Source: Acaryochloridaceae cyanobacterium VAR_48_metabat_390
GTDB taxonomy: Bacteria; Cyanobacteriota; Cyanobacteriia; Thermosynechococcales; Thermosynechococcaceae
Assembly (NCBI GenBank): GCA_031422435.1
Contig: JANPLU010000082.1
Span: 1-43,154 of the forward strand
Direction: 5' to 3'
Length of the DNA: 43,154 nucleotides
Below, in pieces: positions 18,639-27,643 of this stretch. Position numbers and translations under genes: made by a program. The first letter of the stretch is position 1. Each line of letters opens with the position of its first letter. Under the pieces are notes generated by a model that searched no databases, was not told where the DNA came from, and was given only the letters and a program-made list of their open reading frames with translations.

Positions 18639-21293
18639 TCAGTGCCGCAAATGCTTAAGCCATTTTTCAGGCAGCGGGAGTCTGAATCGATCAGAAGAAT
18701 CCTGAACCGCCGTAGATTGACGGCGCTGCTCTAGCACCTGTAAGTGGTTTCGCAAAATTTCTTTCTGCTGCATGAGTTTGCGGCGCTGACCAATCAACGT
18801 TTCGTCTAAAAGACGCTTTCGCTCTTCTTCGTCTACAAGCTGCACTTCTAAACTCAGACGCTCATACTCGCTAGCAGCATGGCGATGATATTCACCAGCA
18901 GCATTAAGCTTTTCGTGCATTTCACGCACCGTTTGGGACTGTAGACTGAGTTCTTCTTCTTGTTCTCTGACCAAACGGGCAGATTTAATCCAGTCTTTCT
19001 GGAGGGTTTCGACCGTGCCCTGAAGCTGATCTAGGGGCATCTGTTCCAAGGCATCACTTTGATGGACTGGCGAAAGGTCAAAGTCTAGAGGAAGCGATGC
19101 CTCGAGGTAATGGGGAGAGGCCGACATCGCCGCGACCGGATCCTCTGGGGCAATATGGGGAGAGGCCGCAATGAAATAATAGGGATCCGGTTCATGAATA
19201 GGCTGCACCTGATTTAAAACCAGCCCTAGAAATGGTTTGCCAATTTGAGCTAGTACCTGCCGTGCAAAATCGGCGCTGTCCGTATCAAGTTTGCCAGGTT
19301 GTGCCACCAGAAGAACGCCATCTACAAGCTGGGCAAGACGCACCGTATCGGTGCCAGTTTTAAGAGCAGCCGTATCTAAAATTACGAAGTCGTAATGGTT
19401 GGATAGATTGGCAAGCAGAGCAACCATTTGATGAGAATCTAGGTTAGATATTGCCTCACTCTCAGGCTTACCTGAAAAAATTAAATCTAAGTTAGAGAAA
19501 ATGCGCTGGACAGCAGAGTGCCAAGGCTTTTGATTCGCCAAAATATCGCTTAGCCCCACCTCAGCCGACCAAGACCAAATATATTGCTGCACAGAATCTT
19601 GAAAATTTGCTTCTACTAAGATGACTGAGTGCCCATGGTGCGCTAAGGCGATCGCCAAATTTGCGGCAACGGTCGAAGTTCCTTCTTGCGCTAAGGTACT
19701 GGTTACAGCCAGCACCTTTTGCCCTTGACCCAAAGACTGTAGGTTGCTGCGCAGCAACCGATAGGCTTCGCTCACCTTATGGTGGGGAAAGTCTACCAAA
19801 TACAGACGTGGCACTGCGCCTTCAGCCGTTCTGCGATGAAACAGTGAAAACTGCTGCTGTCCAAACAAGGGAATTACGCCCACGATGGGCAAATTGAGCC
19901 GCCGTCGTACTTCATCTACCGTTCGCAGAGATTTATTGAAAGATTCAAGGCCGTACAGCGTCAGAAATGCCAGCACAGCTCCCAGAATAAATCCTGTGGC
20001 AGCGTAGAGAGATTTACGAGGCGCACTAGGCAGCTCGGGAATCACCGCTTCCGCAATAATTCTGGCGTTGCCTTGAGCTTGATTAGACGCCACCTGCGTT
20101 TCCTGAAGTTTTTTCAGAAGGGTGCCATAGGAATTTTGAGCCACGTCTAGCTGACGCTCCAGAGCATTCTGCTGCTGCTCTAGAGTGGGGAGCAGAGCCA
20201 CCTGCTGGCGGTAGGTCTTCAAGCTCTCTGATAGGGTCGAAATTTCTTGCTGAAGACCCTTTTGAGAGGCTTCGAGGCTCACCAGTTGCGCCGTAAGATC
20301 TTGTCGGAGTTTGCCAATCAGCGTATCTGAATCAATGGCGGTACTAGAACCTGAGATTTTGGCTGCTTTCTGGGCAAAGAGCTGTTTGAGATCCTCTAAA
20401 TTGCCCTTTAACGCCGCAACGCTAGGATGGGATTCTGTGAGGCGGTTCCGGTCTAACACCAGTTGAGACTGAGTCTGCTGAATTTTAGTGAGCAAATCCT
20501 GCACTTCTGGAGATTGACTCAACGAAGAAAGGGCAACAGCCTGCTGTGGACTAATGCCTAGCTTCGCCGTTATGACACCTTCTTGTGCTGAAGTATTGGC
20601 GAGCTGAGATTGGGCATCGGCAATTTGCTTCTGAAGTCCGTCAATGCGAGCTTGGGCAGACGTAACCTGCTCTTTTAGGGTGAGGATCTGATAGGTTTGC
20701 TTAAACTGACGCAGCTTACCCTCGGCAGTCTCGACCTGCTTTTTGGCAGTGGGGAGCTGATCGGCAATAAATTGGCGGGTGGCATTCACTTCTCCTTGGT
20801 TCGAGCGAACCCCGCTCTGCAAGTAAATCTGCATCAGGGTGTTAACCGCCTGTGCTGCCTTTTTAGGGTCGCGGTCTTTAAATTCAATCTGAAGAATATC
20901 CGCGTCTTTGACGTGGTTTACGCTTAAATTTTCTAGAAATTCTGCGGTGCCAAACGGTTTTCCATCCGGCAAAGTCCAGTGCAGCTGCTGGAGGGTTTTT
21001 TCAATAATGGGCTGAGACTGAATCACCTGGGTCTCCGTCAGCAGAGGATTGCTCGTCTCAGTGACCGAGTCCATTTGATCGATGCTTTTACCCAGATCGG
21101 TCAAGGATGAAACGGGGTTTTCTCGATTGAGCTTGAGCTTGCTTTCGGCGACAAATGTCGGGCTTTGGATGTAGGCAAGAACGATAGACAGCCCTAGAAC
21201 AGAGAAAAAAACGGCTCCAGCAGGTAGCCAATGATATTTTAAAAGCTTTCGATAATCGCTGAAGCCGACGGGTAGCGCACTTGGAGTTTCCAT
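18639..21293 (-). CDS. Wzc/GumC-type polysaccharide co-polymerase with degenerate BY-kinase domain and C-terminal coiled-coil extension
   Basis: Two TM segments around a periplasmic coiled coil; SEAYRLLRSNL; VTS-x4-EGTST (Walker A K>T); YDFVILDT; GLVLN; about 180 extra C-terminal residues. Confidence 0.9.
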   Translation of the reverse strand: METPSALPVGFSDYRKLLKYHWLPAGAVFFSVLGLSIVLAYIQSPTFVAESKLKLNRENPVSSLTDLGKSIDQMDSVTETSNPLLTETQVIQSQPIIEKTLQQLHWTLPDGKPFGTAEFLENLSVNHVKDADILQIEFKDRDPKKAAQAVNTLMQIYLQSGVRSNQGEVNATRQFIADQLPTAKKQVETAEGKLRQFKQTYQILTLKEQVTSAQARIDGLQKQIADAQSQLANTSAQEGVITAKLGISPQQAVALSSLSQSPEVQDLLTKIQQTQSQLVLDRNRLTESHPSVAALKGNLEDLKQLFAQKAAKISGSSTAIDSDTLIGKLRQDLTAQLVSLEASQKGLQQEISTLSESLKTYRQQVALLPTLEQQQNALERQLDVAQNSYGTLLKKLQETQVASNQAQGNARIIAEAVIPELPSAPRKSLYAATGFILGAVLAFLTLYGLESFNKSLRTVDEVRRRLNLPIVGVIPLFGQQQFSLFHRRTAEGAVPRLYLVDFPHHKVSEAYRLLRSNLQSLGQGQKVLAVTSTLAQEGTSTVAANLAIALAHHGHSVILVEANFQDSVQQYIWSWSAEVGLSDILANQKPWHSAVQRIFSNLDLIFSGKPESEAISNLDSHQMVALLANLSNHYDFVILDTAALKTGTDTVRLAQLVDGVLLVAQPGKLDTDSADFARQVLAQIGKPFLGLVLNQVQPIHEPDPYYFIAASPHIAPEDPVAAMSASPHYLEASLPLDFDLSPVHQSDALEQMPLDQLQGTVETLQKDWIKSARLVREQEEELSLQSQTVREMHEKLNAAGEYHRHAASEYERLSLEVQLVDEEERKRLLDETLIGQRRKLMQQKEILRNHLQVLEQRRQSTAVQDSSDRFRLPLPEKWLKHLRH

Positions 21294-21557
21294 TGAAGGG
21301 TCTATTCGGAAGGGTTAGATATTCTGGAAATAATGAGACTGAGCTGACGCTTACCCCCGCGCCCCACCCTAAGCGCGTAAGCACTTAATTCAACCCCTAA
21401 AATTGATGGGTTAGCTGTGGGCTTACTATTTGAATATTTAAAGGTGACACCATTCTACCGAAGCCGTCTAAGATTGTCGCTGAATTGTTGTAAAAATGCG
21501 ATTATGCTTTGCCTCAGTCAAGTCGGCTAACCCATTTAATACAGCAGCTTATCTAGA

Positions 21558-22697
21558 TTATTGCGCCTTCTTAAGAACATCGGTGTAGATATCATCATGC
21601 AGACGCAAAATGTGGGACACATCGTACTGCTGAACCTGTCGACGACCCTGAATTCCTAAGTTTTTACCGGCTTCAGGATGATCGATAATCCAGGCCATTT
21701 CTGCCGCAATTGCGGCACTATCACCCACGCTCACCAGTCTGCCTGCACCCTCTTTGAGAAGATCCTCAGTGCCGCGAATTTTGGTGCCAATGACAGGCAC
21801 GCCCATTGCCATGGCCTCCATCACGCTACGCGGGAGTCCCTCCTGCTCAGAAACGAGCAGTGTGGCGGCTGCGGCAAAGATCCAACGAGGAATATCGCTA
21901 CAAAACCCTAGAAAGTGTACCTGCTGGGCAATGCCAAGCTGAACCGCCAGGGTTTTAAGGGCTGGCGCTAGAGGGCCGTCCCCTGCCAAGACCAGATGAG
22001 CGTTGGGGCGCTGAAGCTGCGCTAAGGCCAGCAGCAAATCTTGATGGCGTTTACGGGGGATGAGTTCTGCGATCGCCAAAAACACCACATCTTCAGATAT
22101 CAGACCCAACTGCGCCCGAACCTGAAGGTGATCGGCTTCAGTGAAAGATAGGGCGCTGTAGTAGCTCAAATCTAGGCCAATACCAGGGGTGTAGCAAAGC
22201 TGGGGGGCTGGTACCAGACGATGCCTGAGGGCAGCATTTTTGTCTTCTTGGTTAATCACAATCAGGCGATCGCACCAGCGTCCAGCCCATTTTTCTAGGG
22301 TTAAAAACACGCGGTTTCGCAGCCATGAGCCATTGCGGTGAAAGTGAAACCCGTGGGCGGTATAGATCACCTTTAGCTTACCCTGGCGACGTAAAGCCCG
22401 CAGCGCAAAGCGAGTTACAAAGGCCGCAACGGGGGTATGGACATGAATTAGGTCGTAGGACGCGGCGATCGCCCGTAAGCGCTGGGGTGCCCCCACAAAA
22501 TTGAGGGGGCTGAGGGGGTTACGCGACCACTCCACATCCCAAACCTGGTGGAACGACGCAACGCAGGCAGGGCAACCTGAAATACCTTGCGCCATCGCGT
22601 CTACGGTCCAGCCCTGGGCGCGATAGTGGTCTGCCCAAGGCAGCAAGAAGCCACGAATGGTTTCAGAGACAGTAGCAACCACTAAAAGACGCGTCAT
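21558..22697 (-). CDS. Glycosyltransferase family 4 (EpsD/PglA-like)
   Basis: IHVHTPVA, IYTAHGFHF, EGLPRSVMEAMA (Ex7E). Confidence 0.93.
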   Translation of the reverse strand: MTRLLVVATVSETIRGFLLPWADHYRAQGWTVDAMAQGISGCPACVASFHQVWDVEWSRNPLSPLNFVGAPQRLRAIAASYDLIHVHTPVAAFVTRFALRALRRQGKLKVIYTAHGFHFHRNGSWLRNRVFLTLEKWAGRWCDRLIVINQEDKNAALRHRLVPAPQLCYTPGIGLDLSYYSALSFTEADHLQVRAQLGLISEDVVFLAIAELIPRKRHQDLLLALAQLQRPNAHLVLAGDGPLAPALKTLAVQLGIAQQVHFLGFCSDIPRWIFAAAATLLVSEQEGLPRSVMEAMAMGVPVIGTKIRGTEDLLKEGAGRLVSVGDSAAIAAEMAWIIDHPEAGKNLGIQGRRQVQQYDVSHILRLHDDIYTDVLKKAQ

Positions 22698-22736
22698 CGG
22701 GGTACAAAATCCTTGAGATTTGCTGCGTTTGCCATT

Positions 22737-23951
22737 TTAATTCCCGTGAACCGACGTTGGGTGCTGCAATAGCCAAGCTTCGGTTTGCTGCCGTAAAGCC
22801 TTATAAAAAGCCGTCCGTCGGCCTTGAATGCGGTCTTCTTGAAAGTCATGCGCTCGCGTTAGATTACGGGCAGACATCTGCGATAAACGGTCAGGATCTG
22901 TAACCATTTCCTGAATTTTAGTTGCCAAGGCCAAAGCATCTGCTGGCGGCACCAAATCCTCTGAAGGCAGCAGTTCTGGCATACCGCCAACGATAGAACC
23001 CAGACAAGGCAACCCCCGCGCCATAGCCTCTAGCATGGCGCGAGGTAGCCCTTCTTGACGAGACGGCAACACAAAGAGATCGGCCTGATCCAACTGCTGC
23101 CGCACCGCTGGTCCTGTGGTCAACTGCCCCAAAAAATGACAGCGATCGCCAATCCCAAGCCGAGCCGCTTGCCCCTCTAACATCGGTCGGTACCCCCCAT
23201 CTCCCACCAACACCAGCTTTAGGTCTAGTCCTTGACCCACGCAAAGGGCGATCGCCTCAATCAGAATATCCTGAGCCTTGTAGAGCTGAGACATTGCCCC
23301 CACCGTAATGAGCGTCCAAGCGCGCTGGTTAGCCACTGCCGTCCGTGGCTGCTGCACAAACACCGGATCGGGCAGCTCAGCCATTGAGTAATGGGTTGTA
23401 AAAGCCGTGGGCGAGGGCGGATACTGCTGCTGAAGCGCAGCCTCTGTAATGTAGGCCGCAGCACTGGCTCGTTGACAAAACGATCGCAACTGCCGCGGCG
23501 CAAGCCATCGAAAGAAGGGGCGGGTCCAACTGCGCACCGCTCCTGGCGAAAAGACGTCATAAGGGTTTGCAATTACATAGATTCCGTAGGGGTAGCCCAA
23601 CGGTCGCAATCTCTTTTCAATCGCCAAAGCCGTAGGAAAGGCAGAGTAAAACAGTACCGCATCCCCCACCTTAAAAGCATCCCGAGCCGCTGCCCGAACC
23701 TGTCGTTGCCGCTGAAAATACTCCCAAGGCCCCAGATAGTAGGGCAGCGGCTCCACCGAAATAGCGCCCGTATTGACCTGAACCCAGTCTGGCGATGCCT
23801 GCGCCACCGGACGCACCCGAGCTGCAACCTTGACCTGATCAAAAACCTCCAAATACCGACTCCAGTAAGAGGGCGTAAACATCGTTTGAGTCCAAATTGC
23901 GCCATCAGGGGTGCCATCAAAACGATGATCGGTTGTGACTAATACACGCAT
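22737..23951 (-). CDS. Glycosyltransferase family 4
   Basis: YKAQDILI, DLFVLPSRQEGLPRAMLEAMARGLP. Confidence 0.92.
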   Translation of the reverse strand: MRVLVTTDHRFDGTPDGAIWTQTMFTPSYWSRYLEVFDQVKVAARVRPVAQASPDWVQVNTGAISVEPLPYYLGPWEYFQRQRQVRAAARDAFKVGDAVLFYSAFPTALAIEKRLRPLGYPYGIYVIANPYDVFSPGAVRSWTRPFFRWLAPRQLRSFCQRASAAAYITEAALQQQYPPSPTAFTTHYSMAELPDPVFVQQPRTAVANQRAWTLITVGAMSQLYKAQDILIEAIALCVGQGLDLKLVLVGDGGYRPMLEGQAARLGIGDRCHFLGQLTTGPAVRQQLDQADLFVLPSRQEGLPRAMLEAMARGLPCLGSIVGGMPELLPSEDLVPPADALALATKIQEMVTDPDRLSQMSARNLTRAHDFQEDRIQGRRTAFYKALRQQTEAWLLQHPTSVHGN

Positions 23952-23954
23952 TAC

Positions 23955-25199
23955 TTATCTCAAGGCCTCATTAATCTCATAAATCTGAACCGCTTTAGGC
24001 GGTAAACTCAAGCGCAGCTTTACCCCAGAAAGCTGCTGAGCCACTGGCGTTTGGTACAGCGGCTGGATCGATTTGATCTGTATCCAAGACCCCTGAACAA
24101 ACGCGGGTTCACTTTGCTGAGTGGAGGTGTTGACCACCACTAATAAGTGGCGTTGATTCAAAGTCCAGATGCCGCCTTTAAGGTTCGTTCTTGGAAAGCT
24201 TAGAAATCGATAGCTTCCCTCTAAAAACCACGGGGCTAAAGATTTTACCTGCTGATTTAGGGTTTTAATCTCTTGCCATAGCTTCGGATGATCGGGCAGG
24301 TACCAGGTATCGTCATAGTAGGTATAGTACAAAATCCCCTTTGCTCCACCCAAAAGCGTCTGATAAGTCATATTGCGCATTTCAGACCCATCAGGCGCAC
24401 TTCCCTGCTGTCCTGGCTTAGCGGTAGACCAAGCAAAGGCCTGTAAATTAGCAAAGAGCACGCCTTGGGGGCGACCCAACACAGCCTTAGCAGTCTCAGC
24501 CATGTCTATAGAGACACTAGACAGCTCAGCGGTGGTGTGTCGGCGAATGGGATAAGATTGCCGACCCACAATATTGGCGCATTGGGCAAACTGCGATAGC
24601 CCCTTTGAGTAACCGCTGATATAGGTTGGGTGGTTGGGGTCAGCGGCGCGGATTTGCCGATGCAGGCTCAACACCTGGGCGGGAGTCCACCTGCCATTAT
24701 CCACATCATCGGCGAGATTCCAGGCCAAAATAGCCGGCTCATTCTTAAAGCGCTGCACAAAGGCTACGGGGTCAAAATGGTGTTCACTAATGACAGAAAC
24801 ACCCAAAGCGTTAGCCTGACGTAAAAATCTTGCGTAAGACTCCCAATCCTTCGCCGAGGCGTGAACCACATTAAAGCCTGCGGCGGCTATTTCTCGAAGA
24901 TGCTGGCGTTGAGTGGCGGGGGAAGCATCCCAAGAAACGTGGTACAGCCCCAAGGGGAAAAATGAACGTCGATTTTTGAGCAGTACACCATCAGACCGAA
25001 TAGATACCTTATGGAAAGGGGGTGACGCAGCACAGTTAAGCAGCGGGAAGAGCGGTAGACCTAGCCAGAGACCGCTGCCGAACATCAGGACTGCTGCAAT
25101 CTTGCGAACAATGGGTGGGACTACGGGTTGGATCATCTTTGGTCTGGTCATAAAGGTTCCCCTTGATTCAGTCGGCGTCGCTCCAAAGCAGTCACTCAC
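23955..25199 (-). CDS. Exported/anchored glycoside hydrolase-like TIM-barrel protein
   Basis: N-terminal hydrophobic segment; FFPLGLY, AAGFNVV, PAILAWNLADD, DPNHP, GAKGILYY. True start may be about 25151. Confidence 0.6.
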   Translation of the reverse strand: MSDCFGATPTESRGTFMTRPKMIQPVVPPIVRKIAAVLMFGSGLWLGLPLFPLLNCAASPPFHKVSIRSDGVLLKNRRSFFPLGLYHVSWDASPATQRQHLREIAAAGFNVVHASAKDWESYARFLRQANALGVSVISEHHFDPVAFVQRFKNEPAILAWNLADDVDNGRWTPAQVLSLHRQIRAADPNHPTYISGYSKGLSQFAQCANIVGRQSYPIRRHTTAELSSVSIDMAETAKAVLGRPQGVLFANLQAFAWSTAKPGQQGSAPDGSEMRNMTYQTLLGGAKGILYYTYYDDTWYLPDHPKLWQEIKTLNQQVKSLAPWFLEGSYRFLSFPRTNLKGGIWTLNQRHLLVVVNTSTQQSEPAFVQGSWIQIKSIQPLYQTPVAQQLSGVKLRLSLPPKAVQIYEINEALR

Positions 25200-26478
25200 G
25201 CGCTGGACGATACAGCATAATGCCCAGAGACAGCAGGTAAGCTACGGTCAACCCGCGCCCTAAAGAGCCAAACATGCTTTCTGCCATCGAAACAGTCCAA
25301 AACATCAGGCTAATGAGCAAGGGGGCGATCGCATAGGGATTCACCCCAGCCTGTGCCTGAAAGTAGCGATAGGCGGAATAAAGGCTTAGCAGCGCGATTA
25401 TCGTCATCAGATAAAAAGCGATTAAACCACTCTGACCTAAAATATCAATGAGCGAGTTATGTCCCCCCAGATCAAAATTTTTCAGAAAATAGTCATTACT
25501 GCCGTAGCCAAACAGCCGCGTGTCTTCAAAGGTTTTTTGCCAGATATAGCTGCGACCATTAAAGGCATCGCCCGCGTCTAGTTTATCGGCATACCCTCGT
25601 TCTAAACTGGCCCACGGGTCAACAGTCTGCACCCAATAGAGCGAAGTGACGCCGAGGAAACCCATCCCAAATAGCAGTGTCCGTGCCAAGGTGCGGGGAT
25701 ATTGAAATGCCCGAATCACAGGATAAAGTGCGAATAAAAGTCCCAGTAGGCTTCCTAATAAAGCTGTCCGAGAATTAGAAAATACGATCAGCACAAAGCT
25801 CACAACAATCAATCCACTAAGACCCATGATTTTAATAGCTCTAGAGGGTTTAGCAGGGTCTAGCAAGGTTTTATTAAGCAAAATCAGCAGGCCGCAATTA
25901 ATCGTTAAAATCGTCACGCCCAATTGATTAGAGTTACTAAAAATACCCGTGTAGGGAAAGGTCGTGGGGGGAGCCTGCACCACGGACAAAATCCCATAGG
26001 GTAAATGTCCTAAAACTAAACCCCAAGCCATAACGGCCTCAAGGGAACGTCCCATTGCTCGCGGCAGCACATAAAAAAAGAGGCAAGGCACCCCCAATAA
26101 AAACCAAACGCCATCAGAAAGCGCTTTTGCATTTTCATTCACCACCCCAGACAGCATGACCACAGTCCCAAACCCAAGCCACACCCACAGCAGCAGGGAA
26201 ATACTGTGCTGAGTGGAAGGGACAGGCCTTAGAAAGGCGATCGCCATCAAAACCACCAGGGGAAGACCCACTAGCCCATACCGCACCCGAAACCAGATCG
26301 GGTCAAGGGGGTGACTGGTACTCCCTAACGCCACAATAGACGCGCCGCCCATCAGCATTGCCATCAGCACGACTAACGCCATAAAGCCGAGACCAGAAGG
26401 CGGTTGAGGCAAAGAACGTTCGGTACTAGGGTACAAATTCTGCATCAGTAAAACCCTAAACGTGGGCAGCGCGGGCAT
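25192..26478 (-). CDS. Wzy polymerase / O-antigen ligase family membrane protein
   Basis: About 10-11 TM segments; GIFSNSNQLG, SNSRTA, GRSYIW, G-G, HNSLID-L-G. Confidence 0.85.
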   Translation of the reverse strand: MPALPTFRVLLMQNLYPSTERSLPQPPSGLGFMALVVLMAMLMGGASIVALGSTSHPLDPIWFRVRYGLVGLPLVVLMAIAFLRPVPSTQHSISLLLWVWLGFGTVVMLSGVVNENAKALSDGVWFLLGVPCLFFYVLPRAMGRSLEAVMAWGLVLGHLPYGILSVVQAPPTTFPYTGIFSNSNQLGVTILTINCGLLILLNKTLLDPAKPSRAIKIMGLSGLIVVSFVLIVFSNSRTALLGSLLGLLFALYPVIRAFQYPRTLARTLLFGMGFLGVTSLYWVQTVDPWASLERGYADKLDAGDAFNGRSYIWQKTFEDTRLFGYGSNDYFLKNFDLGGHNSLIDILGQSGLIAFYLMTIIALLSLYSAYRYFQAQAGVNPYAIAPLLISLMFWTVSMAESMFGSLGRGLTVAYLLSLGIMLYRPARE

Positions 26479-27643
26479 AAAGATCGGCGAGGAGCGGTAC
26501 GGAATTTTCCATGTTAAAGGGGCTTTGTCGAACCAACGCTAGGGTTGTTTCAACGGACTGACGAGGCGTACCTTGGGCGTGGGCGATCAAGGCATTGGCC
26601 CAGTCAGCGCTGGATTGCTCCAGCGATAAGCGTTTCACCAGGGTTGGAATCAGATCGGCTTCTGGCGGGACTGCCGTTGATATAACGCAGGGCAGCCCAG
26701 CGACCTGAGCCTCAAGCAGCGCTACGCCTAAACCCTCATGCCAAGACGGAAACAAGAATAGATCAAACGCGCCTAACAGCAGGGATGGGAGATCTGACTG
26801 TACGCCTGTAAAGATCACGCGATCGCCAATGCCTAACGCCTTAGCCTGCCGCTCAGTTTCAGAGCGCAGAGAACCGTCCCCCACCAGCATGAGATAGGTA
26901 TTAGGGCGTTGATGCATCACGATTGCCGCCACCTCAACCAAGAAACGATGATTTTTCTGGGGTTCAAAGCGACCCACATGTCCTATCACCCAAGCGTCAG
27001 CAGGAATATTCCAGGCTTGACGTATCGCACCAGGAGAGACGTTGGCTTCCAAAGGCGTTAAATCTAGCCCACAGTAAATTACCTGAATTTTGGGATTAGT
27101 GACCCATGCAGAGCCAAATAAATCTACGGCTGCCCTAGTACTGGTGGCTAACCCGTGGGTTGCCGCTTGCCTAACCCAATATTTCATCAGCTGACGATAC
27201 CTTTGCCGCAGCCAGCTTTTTTGAGACTCTACTTCACCGTGATCATTGTGGCTATGGGCGATGCGATAGGGAACTTGGGCTGATTGAGCCAGTTTGAGGA
27301 CGTATCCACTAAAAAAGTGAACGTGGGAATGCACGATATCATAAGGGCCTTGCTCTCGTAAAATTCGCTTAAACTCAGCCGCGTAGATCCAGGGTCGAGA
27401 CACATAGGGACAGGGAAAGATCCGACACCCCAAGGCGCTGACCTCTGCATCATAGGCTCCAGGTTCGAGAGCATGAACCAAAATATCAACCTGAAATCGT
27501 CTCAGGTCAAGGCGTTGCAGAACCCGAACAATCCAAGTTTCTAGCCCAGCGCAATCCATTCGTCCCACGACGTGCAGCACTCGAATGGGTTCTCGCGTTT
27601 CGTCATCATGAGGCATCTTTGCAAACGCTCCCAATCCCTGCAT
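26456..27643 (-). CDS. Glycosyltransferase family 4 (EpsF/CapH-like)
   Basis: IRVLHVVGRM-GLET, RIAHSHN, GHVGRF-QKNH-FL, FPSWHEGLG-LEAQ-AGLP; likely start about 27616. Confidence 0.92.
   Translation of the reverse strand: MQGLGAFAKMPHDDETREPIRVLHVVGRMDCAGLETWIVRVLQRLDLRRFQVDILVHALEPGAYDAEVSALGCRIFPCPYVSRPWIYAAEFKRILREQGPYDIVHSHVHFFSGYVLKLAQSAQVPYRIAHSHNDHGEVESQKSWLRQRYRQLMKYWVRQAATHGLATSTRAAVDLFGSAWVTNPKIQVIYCGLDLTPLEANVSPGAIRQAWNIPADAWVIGHVGRFEPQKNHRFLVEVAAIVMHQRPNTYLMLVGDGSLRSETERQAKALGIGDRVIFTGVQSDLPSLLLGAFDLFLFPSWHEGLGVALLEAQVAGLPCVISTAVPPEADLIPTLVKRLSLEQSSADWANALIAHAQGTPRQSVETTLALVRQSPFNMENSVPLLADLYARAAHV

Noticed and set aside
23391..23942. 183-aa plus-strand ORF and other nested short ORFs
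   Set aside because: Overlap well-supported genes, with no recognisable motifs.
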